Shown: positions 27,753-36,062, numbered from the stretch's first letter. The stretch is DNA of 64,000 nt from Candidatus Omnitrophota bacterium (GCA_016190205.1 JACPQZ010000076.1:4632-68631), one strand, 5' to 3'. A program made the numbers and translations. Notes: generated from the sequence alone by a model not told the origin.

Positions 27753-28283
27753 TCATCGTAACCGCGTGAACGAAAACACGGCATCCGTATCCTTGGCCCC
27801 CTCCTTGTAACAATTCCAGGACTGGTTCATCTGACCACCCCCATCGGCCAGTGAGATCTCGAGACCATGCATGTGCTGCTCGTGGGCTACATCGATATCC
27901 GTGTCGGCGGCCAGTTGAAATTTCCAGTTTGTACCGGACGATTCGTTCAGCACCATGCGCGGCTGGTTGCCCAACATGCAGTAATGGGTCATTTCAAGCC
28001 TGCCCGCGCGGTCGTGATAGACACTTACCATCTCGCTTGGCGTCCCTACGCAAAATCGCTCCAGAAGAACAGAGCCTCCCGACGTAAGTTCATAGCGGAC
28101 CTTTACTTTTTCCTCTTTGCCGTCCTTGACAGATGTTCCTTCCCACTCGCCCACGAGCCCCTTCAGGCGCTCAAACTCTGCTGAGGAAGGAGGACGCGGC
28201 GGCATTTCCTCTTCCGCAGCCTTCGAAATAGCGCCCGAAAGCAAGGCGCTCAGAAATGATACAAGAATGATACGCGCAAACAC
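27753..28283 (-). CDS. Secreted hypothetical protein
   Basis: AAGGAGG before GTG 28283; signal peptide; THYC..GNQPRM motif. Confidence 0.65.
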   Translation of the reverse strand: MFARIILVSFLSALLSGAISKAAEEEMPPRPPSSAEFERLKGLVGEWEGTSVKDGKEEKVKVRYELTSGGSVLLERFCVGTPSEMVSVYHDRAGRLEMTHYCMLGNQPRMVLNESSGTNWKFQLAADTDIDVAHEQHMHGLEISLADGGGQMNQSWNCYKEGAKDTDAVFSFTRLR

Positions 28284-28378
28284 GTTAACCTCCTTTACAT
28301 GCAGGTAACACTGTTTCAAGCCATGTTAAACAATAAAAACTCTCTAACCTTCATACTGAGTGCCTATTGTTTCACTTT

Positions 28379-28523
28379 ATGAGCTCTGCATTTACAAAAT
28401 TCGGGCAATTCACATAATCCGGTAAGAACAGTCTCGCAAAGGTCGTCTTACCCGATCCATTTGTCCCGCGATGATGTAAACCGCTTTGTGCTTCATAGTC
28501 GGCCTGTGCAGCCCTGGCGAACG
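28379..28523 (-). pseudogene. Frameshifted 5' fragment of the zeta-toxin-like gene
   Basis: Near-identical to 25924-26069, with a 1-nt deletion in the P-loop codons. Confidence 0.85.
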
Positions 28524-28548
28524 CTAGGATATAACACCGCCATGCGGG

Positions 28549-28606
28549 CGGGGTCGACGGGCGCCATACGCGCTTTCGCGCTACTTACCAGGTGCAAAAG
28601 TGCCAC
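28549..28606. repeat. tRNA-Asp 3'-end fragment, conserved flank and REP-like arm
   Basis: CGGGGTCGACGGG (13 bp, identical to tRNA-Asp 3' end) then CGCCATACGCGC..GCGCTACT, then TACCAGGTGCAAAAGTGCCAC. Confidence 0.75.
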
Positions 28607-29020
28607 TTAATTTCCCATCACCTTGACCACGACGCGTTTTTTGCGCTTGCCGTCAAATTCGGCGTAAAAAATCTGCTCCCAGGGGCCTAGATCCAGCTTC
28701 CCCCCGGTAACAGGCAGGACCGCCTGATGGTGAACCAAGGTGCGTTTGAGATGGGCGTCGCCGTTGTCCTCTCCCGTGAGGTGGTGGCGGTAGTCCTCGC
28801 GGAAAGGCGCGAGCCGCTCTAAAAGCTCCCATAAATCCTCCCACAGCCCTTCCTCGTTATCGTTCACCCAAATCCCGGCAGTAATGTGCATGGCCGAGAC
28901 CAGGCACATTCCTTCCTGGACGCCGCTTTTTTTGACGATCCCCTCGAGCTTGTCCGTGATATTGACCAGATCCCTGCGCTTGGGGGTGTTAAACCAAAGG
29001 TATTCGGTGAGGGTGGTCAT
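28607..29020 (-). CDS. yjbQ: YjbQ/UPF0047 family protein
   Basis: [30 protein letters not shown]. Confidence 0.88.
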   Translation of the reverse strand: MTTLTEYLWFNTPKRRDLVNITDKLEGIVKKSGVQEGMCLVSAMHITAGIWVNDNEEGLWEDLWELLERLAPFREDYRHHLTGEDNGDAHLKRTLVHHQAVLPVTGGKLDLGPWEQIFYAEFDGKRKKRVVVKVMGN

Positions 29021-29022
29021 GA

Positions 29023-29598
29023 TTATGGGTGCTGCACTTCGCGGTGTCTGAAACAACTGACAAGGTGATCGTTCACCATGCCTGTCGCCTGCATGTGGGC
29101 ATAGCAGATGGTGGATCCTACGAACCGGAAGCCTTTCTCCTTAAGGGCATGGCTCAAGGCGTCGGACTCTGACGTTCGCGCGGGCAAGTCTTTTAGAGAC
29201 CTGCGCTTGTTCTGGATGGGCTTGCCGTCCACAAACCGCCATATAAAGGAAGAGAAACTCCTTTCCTCTTTTTGAATCTTGAGAAAAGCCCGAGCGTTTG
29301 TGATCGCCGCTTCGATCTTGAGACGGTTACGGATGATGCCAGTATTTTGAAGCAACCGGCTCACGTCACGCCTGCCATAGCGGGCTATTTTCTCGGCGTC
29401 GAACCCATGGAAAGCCTTGCGGTAATTTTCCCGCTTTTTAAGCACCGTGAGCCAGCTTAAACCCGCCTGTGCCCCTTCGAGCACTAAAAATTCAAACAAC
29501 TTGCCGTCGTCATACAAAGGCACTCCCCATTCCCGGTCGTGGTAAGCTCGCATGAGGGGATCGGATTCAGCCCATTCACAGCGGTGGTTGGCAGACAT
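29023..29598 (-). CDS. tag: DNA-3-methyladenine glycosylase I
   Basis: [40 protein letters not shown]. Confidence 0.95.
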   Translation of the reverse strand: MSANHRCEWAESDPLMRAYHDREWGVPLYDDGKLFEFLVLEGAQAGLSWLTVLKKRENYRKAFHGFDAEKIARYGRRDVSRLLQNTGIIRNRLKIEAAITNARAFLKIQKEERSFSSFIWRFVDGKPIQNKRRSLKDLPARTSESDALSHALKEKGFRFVGSTICYAHMQATGMVNDHLVSCFRHREVQHP

Positions 29599-29623
29599 GT
29601 ATCGAAATGAAGCCAATTATCCT

Positions 29624-29736
29624 TACCAGGTACAAGAGTGCCACGTCGAATTGACGACGGGAAATAATTACGGGGTCGACGGGCGCCATACGCGCCTTTG
29701 CGCTACTGGCACTTCCCTGGCGTGCCAGGCACCGAA
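29624..29736. repeat. Complete REP-like doublet enclosing a tRNA-Asp 3' fragment
   Basis: TACCAGGTAC-AAGAGTGCCAC ... ACGGGGTCGACGGG ... TGGCACTT-CCCTGGC-GTGCCAGGCACCGAA. Confidence 0.75.
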
Positions 29737-29757
29737 GGCCGAAGAGAAGAAAAGAAA

Positions 29758-29979
29758 TTAAGCTGCCTTCAACCCCTGCAACGTTCTTTTCCGAAATCCT
29801 ATGATGGTCAACCCTACCACTTCTTTTTTCTTTTGGTCGTAACGGACGATGACACCCTCTCCGATATCCACACCTACTGCGGGACGTGGTTTGCCGACGG
29901 AAATATAAAGGACATCGGCTTCCTCGTCGTATTCCCAATTCAATGAGCGTTTTCCCTCAAGAATTCTCAGCGCTTCCAT
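29758..29979 (-). CDS. DUF2283 family protein
   Basis: YDEEADVLYI, VVGLTI. Confidence 0.85.
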   Translation of the reverse strand: MEALRILEGKRSLNWEYDEEADVLYISVGKPRPAVGVDIGEGVIVRYDQKKKEVVGLTIIGFRKRTLQGLKAA

Positions 29980-30278
29980 ATTACCTCCCTCCTCTTCGAA
30001 AAGGAGCCCGCAAAATATGCTGTTAGAACAAATCCTTCTTGTCCGCCAGCCTCTTTGTAGGCAACCACCAAGTGCTTTTGCGTAAGGGGCGTTTTTGAAT
30101 AGAATCGCACGGCCAGCAACTCGCCGAAATCACCTTCCTGGATTAAATCAGGGTCTGAAATGGTTTCCACGACCCTATCCCTCTGACCCTCCATTTCCGG
30201 ATGGCGCCTCAGAATGTGCTCCCACCGCTCGCGCGTTAAGCGGATTGGGATCCCTTTCTTAGAATGAATAATAATCAT
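29967..30278 (-). CDS. RelE/BrnT-like putative toxin paired with DUF2283
   Basis: RLTRERWEHILRRHPEM, FVLTAY; overlaps DUF2283. Confidence 0.65.
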   Translation of the reverse strand: MIIIHSKKGIPIRLTRERWEHILRRHPEMEGQRDRVVETISDPDLIQEGDFGELLAVRFYSKTPLTQKHLVVAYKEAGGQEGFVLTAYFAGSFSKRREVIWKR

Positions 30279-30344
30279 CTATCTAACTGAACCGGTTTAT
30301 TTCATCCACTTCCCAATGCGCGTATTTCGTATGCGCTCCAAGTG

Positions 30345-30367
30345 TCCCTGGCGTACCAGGCACCGAC
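30345..30367. repeat. REP-like right arm
   Basis: TCCCTGGCGTACCAGGCACCGA, 1 mismatch to 29714-29735. Confidence 0.7.
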
Positions 30368-30430
30368 AATTTAATTTTCAGTTTTAGTGCCAGTTAAAAT
30401 GGAATTGTCGTGCGCTCCTGGCTCCAGAGT

Positions 30431-31258
30431 TTAAACTCCGGGGTTGTTATCAGTGCTTGGTACCGTGTTGCCGGGTACTGTATTTTTCCTTTCCGAAGAC
30501 CGGCGGTAAGGTTTTAATTCCTCATCACTTTGGTAATCTCTAATGATTTCGCGAACCCGTTGGCTTATTGAAGAGGAATCAGTTATAACTGGACCACGAG
30601 CGATTAACTTCCGCTCTTCTGAGAATGTGTTTCCGCTTTTATCTTTATAACAAACCGAAATAATTAGAAAAGGCGGCCTCTCAGGCTCAAATATACTCCC
30701 TTTCTCGGAAATTGGAATCTCACGTTCTTCTTCAGGAGCTATTATATAGTGGAATTTTGGTTGGCGCCCTTTCTTATAAATTTGGGAAATATGCTCACCA
30801 TCAACAATGTATGGGCGAGGAGCACTAAGATCAAAATATTCATGTACCCCTGTGATAGGATTAACAATCACGACCTCGGAATCTAACGCCTCGCCGGTAC
30901 CGATATTTTTTAGAGTTACTTTTCCAACGCCGTTTTCAATATCGACAATTTCATAGCGGCTTACAACTAATCGAGGCTCATATGAATCAGCGCGCTTGGA
31001 TGCAGTCACAACGAGGAGAATCGTAGAAATAAGTAAAGAGAGCAGTGCTGTTAACGTTGCTGGTTGCACATTTCCAAACCTGTCTCTCTCCCAGGAGAAA
31101 AAAATTATTATGCACGCAATCAGATAAATCCAGATCCAAGTTTTGATAGGAAGAGTATTCACAATAAGTGACGGTAGGAAAAAATAACCTGAAATGAAAA
31201 ATGGCAATGGTAGGAGTAATGATGCAACTAAGTGCCGCAATAAGGTCATTATTCCCAT
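30431..31258 (-). CDS. Low-GC membrane hypothetical protein
   Basis: About 3 N-terminal TM helices plus a soluble domain; visibly AT-rich. Confidence 0.6.
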   Translation of the reverse strand: MGIMTLLRHLVASLLLPLPFFISGYFFLPSLIVNTLPIKTWIWIYLIACIIIFFSWERDRFGNVQPATLTALLSLLISTILLVVTASKRADSYEPRLVVSRYEIVDIENGVGKVTLKNIGTGEALDSEVVIVNPITGVHEYFDLSAPRPYIVDGEHISQIYKKGRQPKFHYIIAPEEEREIPISEKGSIFEPERPPFLIISVCYKDKSGNTFSEERKLIARGPVITDSSSISQRVREIIRDYQSDEELKPYRRSSERKNTVPGNTVPSTDNNPGV

Positions 31259-31377
31259 ACCGACATTCTTGATAGGTGCGCTATTGTTAACACAATGTTA
31301 ACACAGGTCTATTTTATATAAGCAGGGAGTTATGGCTTAATCATCATTACCACTTCTGTATATTTAAAGTATGCATA

Positions 31378-31693
31378 ACGGAGTCGACGGGATTTGGCGG
31401 TTTGGGCTCGCCACTTAGTCGATTACTCCTTCGGTTATCGGTGTTCGGTGCTCGGTTATCGCAAGAAAAAGAAATATTATGAGCCTTCAGCCGTCGGCTA
31501 TCTGCCTTGGGCTTTTGCTGATGGCTGATGGCTGATAGCCAACAGAGTTTGCGAGCACCGATAACCGATCCACGATCACCGAATCAAATGCTCGCCCAAA
31601 CTCGGCCACTCGCCGCGCCAAGGAAGGCGGTGCTCCCATATAGGTCGCACCGCATGTGTTGGGGGGCGCGGCTCACTTCAAATCCCGTCGACC
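31378..31693. mobile_element. tRNA-Asp-linked palindromic element whose arms are copies of the tRNA 3' end
   Basis: Direct copy 31378-31396 + GCGGTTTGG; inverted copy 31677-31693; internal hairpins and heptamer arrays. Confidence 0.55.
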
Positions 31694-31711
31694 TTTTGAC
31701 GGAAAAGAAGA

Positions 31712-31787
31712 CGGGGTCGACGGGATTTGAACCCGCGGTCTCCTGATCGACAGTCAGGCGCTTTAAGCCGGACTAAGCTACGACCCC
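31712..31787 (-). tRNA. tRNA-Asp(GTC)
   Basis: GGGGTCG/CGACCCC acceptor, CCTGA-CTGTCGA-TCAGG anticodon arm, GGTTCAAATCC; no encoded CCA. Confidence 0.95.
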
Positions 31788-31794
31788 TTTAAAA

Positions 31795-31903
31795 CCGTGA
31801 CTCGTCGCTCGTGAATCGTGGTTTTAGCAAGAAACACGCTTGTCGTGAGTGAAGCGTGATGTGTGGTGAAACCGTCACTTCACTCACCCCTCACCACACA
31901 TGA
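31795..31903. repeat. Heptamer arrays between tRNA-Asp and tRNA-Val
   Basis: ccgtgac tcgtcgc tcgtgaa tcgtgg; GTGA../..TCAC inverted arrays. Confidence 0.55.
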
Positions 31904-31930
31904 CAATCTTTACTCGCCAAGAGTAGTCAT

Positions 31931-32004
31931 TGGGCGAAACAGGACTCGAACCTGTAACCCCTCGGATGTAAACCGAGTGCTCTGACCGATTGAGCTATTC
32001 GCCC
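31931..32004 (-). tRNA. tRNA-Val(TAC)
   Basis: GGGCGAA/TTCGCCC acceptor, CTCGG-TTTACAT-CCGAG, GGTTCGAGTCC. Confidence 0.95.
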
Positions 32005-32023
32005 GAAAGCGTATATGATGTAG

Positions 32024-32485
32024 TCACGAATAACCTGATTTTCTTTTCTTCACGATTCGCGCCAGATCCAGTTTGTCCTGCGGGCGTCCGCTTGCCTTTT
32101 TAGACAGTATGAGCTCATCGAGGCCCATGATGTTGATGGCGATTTTCCCATACCGGCTATGTCTCCGGTGTTTCCATGCCTCAATTGCAGAGACCCCCGG
32201 CACCTTAATCAAAATGTCCACTCTTACCGGCGCAATACCTATTTGAAGTATTACGGATTGATCCTGAAAATCACCCGGGCGCACCCCTTTCAGAGGAGCA
32301 CCATAGAACTTCAGGGCCTTGTAGACGCTGCGTGGATCGTTCAGTTCTGCCGGGATCCAGATGTCCAGATCTTTCGTAAATCGGGGCTCGGAATAAAATA
32401 TAACGGCGTGAGCGCCGATAACAAGATACTTGATCTTATGCGCGTTTAAGGCGCTGAACAGATCTTCGTAATCGGAGCTCGGCAA
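32024..32485 (-). CDS. Nucleotidyltransferase-fold protein (DUF6036-like)
   Basis: YLVIGAHAV..PRFTKDLDIW, K.ASGRPQDKLD. Confidence 0.8.
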   Translation of the reverse strand: MPSSDYEDLFSALNAHKIKYLVIGAHAVIFYSEPRFTKDLDIWIPAELNDPRSVYKALKFYGAPLKGVRPGDFQDQSVILQIGIAPVRVDILIKVPGVSAIEAWKHRRHSRYGKIAINIMGLDELILSKKASGRPQDKLDLARIVKKRKSGYS

Positions 32486-32633
32486 CTGGCTTCCCCCGCA
32501 TCTTCAGAAACGTACTGACCATAGCCCAAGCGGCTTCAAAACGCGCCGCCGCACCCGCACGCCGCCAAAACCACCGGTCAAACGCATCGGCTTCTTTAAA
32601 AGATTTCGACTTGTGAATCCATGTCTTGCTCAT
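32436..32633 (-). CDS. Small partner/antitoxin-like protein
   Basis: SFKEADAFDRWFW..ARFEAAW..RLRRSV; overlaps the NTase gene. Confidence 0.65.
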   Translation of the reverse strand: MSKTWIHKSKSFKEADAFDRWFWRRAGAAARFEAAWAMVSTFLKMRGKPVAELRLRRSVQRLKRA

Positions 32634-32728
32634 CGCATTCCTACCCCCTTGCCCACCTAAACTATGCGAACCTTAGCACATAGCCTCGAAGCCCCCCGAA
32701 GCATCATGCGAAGGGGAGCGAAGAAGTG

Positions 32729-32803
32729 CGTCCCCAACGGGATTTGAACCCGTGTTGACGGCTCGAAAGGCCGTTGTCCTAGACCGGGCTAGACGATGGG
32801 GAC
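32729..32803 (-). tRNA. tRNA-Glu(TTC)
   Basis: GTCCCCA/TGGGGAC acceptor, ACGGC-CTTTCGA-GCCGT, GGTTCAAATCC. Confidence 0.95.
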
Positions 32804-32825
32804 AGTAATCAGAACCAAATCCGGC

Positions 32826-32943
32826 CTCGTGAAGCGTCGATCGTGAAGACTATCTCACAACCCTGTAATAGAACCTCGCGCCGCTGCCCCTCGTAGCCGC
32901 ATCTTCCTGATACGAGATACGCTTCACGAGATACGAGATACGA
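32826..32943. repeat. Inverted heptamer arrays (CGTGAAG / AGATACG)
   Basis: ctcgtga agcgtcg atcgtga ... tgatacg agatacg cttcacg agatacg agatacg. Confidence 0.65.
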
Positions 32944-32959
32944 AAATGTGGACAGCGTG

Positions 32960-34972
32960 TTACTCGAAAACAACGTCCGCAATCCAAATCGTCCGCGACC
33001 CAGCGGCTCCCTTGACGCCGGCCTCATCCGCAAGAAGAATATTCGAGATGCGCGACGCGTCGAGCCGGCCGTCCTGGCGTTTCTTCTCGTCCACCGAAAG
33101 GTCGTTCAAGGGGTACTCAAAACGCTTCCATTCGGCACCCACCGGCACCATGACAAAGAAAGCCTCTCCCCCGCTCTCCTCCACTTGGACGAACACCTGG
33201 CCGTCGCGGTCGCTCCGCGCCCAAAAGCCAAGGGTACGGGCATCCCGCAGCCGGTCTGACGGGAGCGGCTTGACCGCCCAGATCCACTGGCCCTGGTAAT
33301 GGTAGTTCCATTGCATGGACGTCGTGCCGACCGCCGGCCCCTCTGAAACGGCTGTCACGCTGGTGCCGGGAGAGACGGTAAAAACATCAGCCGCTTTTGA
33401 AAAATCAAGCTGGAAGCTGCCAGGCCTATCCTGCCGCGTCTGGGGCACAAGGGGTGCCGGCTCATGCCGGGCACCGGAGTCAACGTCATCTTTAGGGCCG
33501 CCGGCAAGAACCGCCCTCCATTCCTCCCAGCCGAGCTTCGGACGCAGAGAGCTATCAAAGAATCCAATGTTCCGCCAGATGAGATTTGCCTCGCTTCCGG
33601 GAACCCCCGACATCTTCTCAAATAGCGCATCATAATCAACGGCTAAAAACCAGGTTACAAAGAGCCAGCCGTCACGCCGGGCGAATCGGCCGAGATCCCT
33701 TACGTAATCGGCCTGTGTCTTTTCATCTCCGTACATCTTGAGCCCGTAGGTCGGGATGGAGATATCACGGGTCGTGTAGCCTGTCTCGCAGATCGCGACG
33801 GGTTTTCGGGTGTATCCGCGCAGCCACTCGAATGGCTCGCGCCAAGCGCCCGGCGCCGCGGGAAGGGGCGGGTCACCCATGGCCTCGCCGAAAGACGACG
33901 TGTACGGATAGAAACTAAGTCCCAGGTAGTCACATTTTTCAACGAGTGGCTTCACACGCTCGGCGACGTCGGGCCTGCGCAACGACCCCAAACCGAAGGA
34001 GATACCGATCCAAAGATCCGGATACTCCTCTTTCAGACGGCTATACACATAATCAAAGAGCGCTTCAAACTGCGGCCAGCGAGTAGGATCATTCCGAGCA
34101 AGTTCACCGGCTTCGATGCCAACGTTGAGGAACTTCGGGTGAAACTTTTCGACCGCCTGGCGGGCGTACCTCAAATACGCCTCTTTGACTGTGGGGTTAT
34201 CCAACCCTGCGCCTTGCAGTTCCTTCGGAAGCGGCGTCCCATCAAGTCCCCCTACGAGGCTCTTGCGGTCTGTGGCGAGAGGGGCCAACCCCACGTACAC
34301 CACATGTCCCTTGGGGATTCTCCGTACCTCGTCATCCCACTTCTCACCCGCCTTGCCCGAAATCACCCGGTCGGCGAGGAGGTCATCCCACGGCACTCCG
34401 TCGTCGAAATGCAGGGCATAGAGCGTGGAATGGGGCACGATGATTTCGCGTGTGCGGGTCACCGCCTCGAGTGTGAAGTCATACGGAAAAGGGGTAAAAC
34501 CAAAGTAGGGGGCGTCCTCCGGGTCCGGTTTTCCGGCCCAGGCAGTCCCAGTGAATGTGACTGCGTTTGAAGTATCCTTTGAAGTTACCCTTTCGCTCTC
34601 CATTGAGACCGTACCTTCTAGAAACCTGACGGCGATCCCCTCGACCCTCCGTCCCTGCTCCCAATCCAGCAAGCCGGGGGCAAAGGTCTTGTGACTATAT
34701 GTTACGCGGATCACCCCATCCACCCGGCCATAGAGTTTCAACGCCTCTTTACGAAGGCGTTTATGGAGAGTGGAGTCGGAAACGGGAAACAAACCGCTGG
34801 CTGCCTCTACGCCGACCGGGCCGAGTTCTTCGTATCGCTCAGCCGGTGCGAGTTGGCTTATCAGGAAATTATCTTTTGAGATAGAGCGTTCGGGTCCGGC
34901 AATGGGAGACACAGCACACCCCAATAAGGAGATCCCGAACATGAGACCTGCCATCCCTAATCTCATATTCAT
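32960..34972 (-). CDS. Lipoprotein: small N-terminal domain + glycoside-hydrolase-like barrel + CBM11-like domain
   Basis: Lipobox LLGC; KPVAICETGY; C-terminal GFWARSD..W.RFEYPL. Confidence 0.65.
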   Translation of the reverse strand: MNMRLGMAGLMFGISLLGCAVSPIAGPERSISKDNFLISQLAPAERYEELGPVGVEAASGLFPVSDSTLHKRLRKEALKLYGRVDGVIRVTYSHKTFAPGLLDWEQGRRVEGIAVRFLEGTVSMESERVTSKDTSNAVTFTGTAWAGKPDPEDAPYFGFTPFPYDFTLEAVTRTREIIVPHSTLYALHFDDGVPWDDLLADRVISGKAGEKWDDEVRRIPKGHVVYVGLAPLATDRKSLVGGLDGTPLPKELQGAGLDNPTVKEAYLRYARQAVEKFHPKFLNVGIEAGELARNDPTRWPQFEALFDYVYSRLKEEYPDLWIGISFGLGSLRRPDVAERVKPLVEKCDYLGLSFYPYTSSFGEAMGDPPLPAAPGAWREPFEWLRGYTRKPVAICETGYTTRDISIPTYGLKMYGDEKTQADYVRDLGRFARRDGWLFVTWFLAVDYDALFEKMSGVPGSEANLIWRNIGFFDSSLRPKLGWEEWRAVLAGGPKDDVDSGARHEPAPLVPQTRQDRPGSFQLDFSKAADVFTVSPGTSVTAVSEGPAVGTTSMQWNYHYQGQWIWAVKPLPSDRLRDARTLGFWARSDRDGQVFVQVEESGGEAFFVMVPVGAEWKRFEYPLNDLSVDEKKRQDGRLDASRISNILLADEAGVKGAAGSRTIWIADVVFE

Positions 34973-35334
34973 TTGTACCGTGCCAGGCCCCTCTCATCCG
35001 TTACGTACTCATAGTCGACCACCACCCCGTCCCGAAACGTCACGGTGAGAGTCTGGCCGCTGCCACCCGATCGGCTCCAGGTGATGAGAAAAGGAATGCC
35101 AAAGACCTTTTCCACGCCGTGCCGATACACAAAGACCTCAGTCCCGGAAGGTTTGTAGATGACCTGCTGAGGTCTCCCGATCAAATTGACGATATCATCC
35201 TTAGTGCTGGTGCCAATCACGATCCTTTGAACCTCATGGGGATGAATCTCGGCCAGGCGGCCGTGCGAGGCGATCGAGCAGCCCGATACCCAGACGAACC
35301 CGAATAATAGAAGGATGTAGCCCTTGATTTTCAT
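34969..35334 (-). CDS. SmpA/BamE-like lipoprotein
   Basis: Lipobox VSGC; IGTSTKDDIVNLIGRP, LTVTFRDGVV. Confidence 0.7.
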   Translation of the reverse strand: MKIKGYILLLFGFVWVSGCSIASHGRLAEIHPHEVQRIVIGTSTKDDIVNLIGRPQQVIYKPSGTEVFVYRHGVEKVFGIPFLITWSRSGGSGQTLTVTFRDGVVVDYEYVTDERGLARYK

Positions 35335-35365
35335 GTAGTTATCACCTCTCTAAAGATGGCAATCG

Positions 35366-35410
35366 TGAGGGCAGATGGATTCGGCGGTTTGGCAGAGAAT
35401 CCATCTGCCC
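35366..35410. mobile_element. tRNA-Lys-linked minimal palindromic element
   Basis: Direct copy of the tRNA 3' end 35366-35383 + GCGGTTTGG + inverted copy 35397-35410. Confidence 0.55.
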
Positions 35411-35428
35411 AATACATGTAAAGAACTC

Positions 35429-35502
35429 TGAGGGCAGATGGATTCGAACCATCGACACCCGCCTTAAAAGGGCGGTGCTCTACCAGACTGAGCTATGCCC
35501 CC
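35429..35502 (-). tRNA. tRNA-Lys(TTT)
   Basis: GGGGGCA/TGCCCTC acceptor, CCGCC-CTTTTAA-GGCGG, GGTTCGAATCC. Confidence 0.95.
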
Positions 35503-36062
35503 TAAACCGTGTGGATTTCCTTTTCCTTGTCAGAGAGGAGGCGGTCGATGTCCTTCGCGTAACGGTCGGTGACCTTCTGCAGCTCCTCCTGCGCCCGGCG
35601 GCCCTCGTCTTCAGACAGCCGGCCCTCGTCCTCCTCCTTTTCGAGGGCCTCCTTCGCCTCACGCCGGATATTGCGTAAGGACACGCGGCTCTGCTCAGAC
35701 ATGTGCCGGACCACCTTCTCAAGCTCCTGGCGGCGCTCCGCCGTCGGCTGGGGCATGGTGAGGCGGACATGCTTGCCGTCGTTCTGGGGCGTGATCCCCA
35801 AGCCCGACTCCTGAATGGCCTTCTCGATATTGGAAATCTGCCCGGCATCCCAAGGCTGAATCACGATGACCCTTGCCTCGGGTATGGTCAGGGATGCCAT
35901 CTGCTTGAGAGGTGTAGGCGTGCCGTAGTAATCCACACGGAGGCTGTCCAAAAGCGCTGTGTTTGCACGTCCGGTCCGAACCGTGTGGAACTCATTGACC
36001 AATGCCTCAAGTGCCTTCTTCATCTTGACTTCGCCGTGATGAATGATCTCTTTGGCGGGCAT
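35502..36062 (-). CDS. frr: Ribosome recycling factor
   Basis: RTGRAN, VDYYG.PTPL, NIRR; AAGGAGG before ATG 36062. Confidence 0.96.
   Translation of the reverse strand: MPAKEIIHHGEVKMKKALEALVNEFHTVRTGRANTALLDSLRVDYYGTPTPLKQMASLTIPEARVIVIQPWDAGQISNIEKAIQESGLGITPQNDGKHVRLTMPQPTAERRQELEKVVRHMSEQSRVSLRNIRREAKEALEKEEDEGRLSEDEGRRAQEELQKVTDRYAKDIDRLLSDKEKEIHTV

Noticed and set aside
24334-30480. CRISPR array or classical integron
   Set aside because: Repeats are irregularly spaced and separated by whole genes. There are no RYYYAAC/GTTRRRY attC ends and no cas or intI gene in the window.
31294-31308. 15-bp exact match (AATGTTAACACAGGT) to the glnA upstream region 47880-47894
   Set aside because: About one or two 15-mer matches are expected by chance in 64 kb, and both may just be extended -10 elements.
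31905-31930. Possible tRNA-tailored element after tRNA-Val (TCGCC)
   Set aside because: Only a 5-bp inverted match, with no GCGGTTTGG, no direct copy and the wrong spacing. None was seen after tRNA-Glu either.
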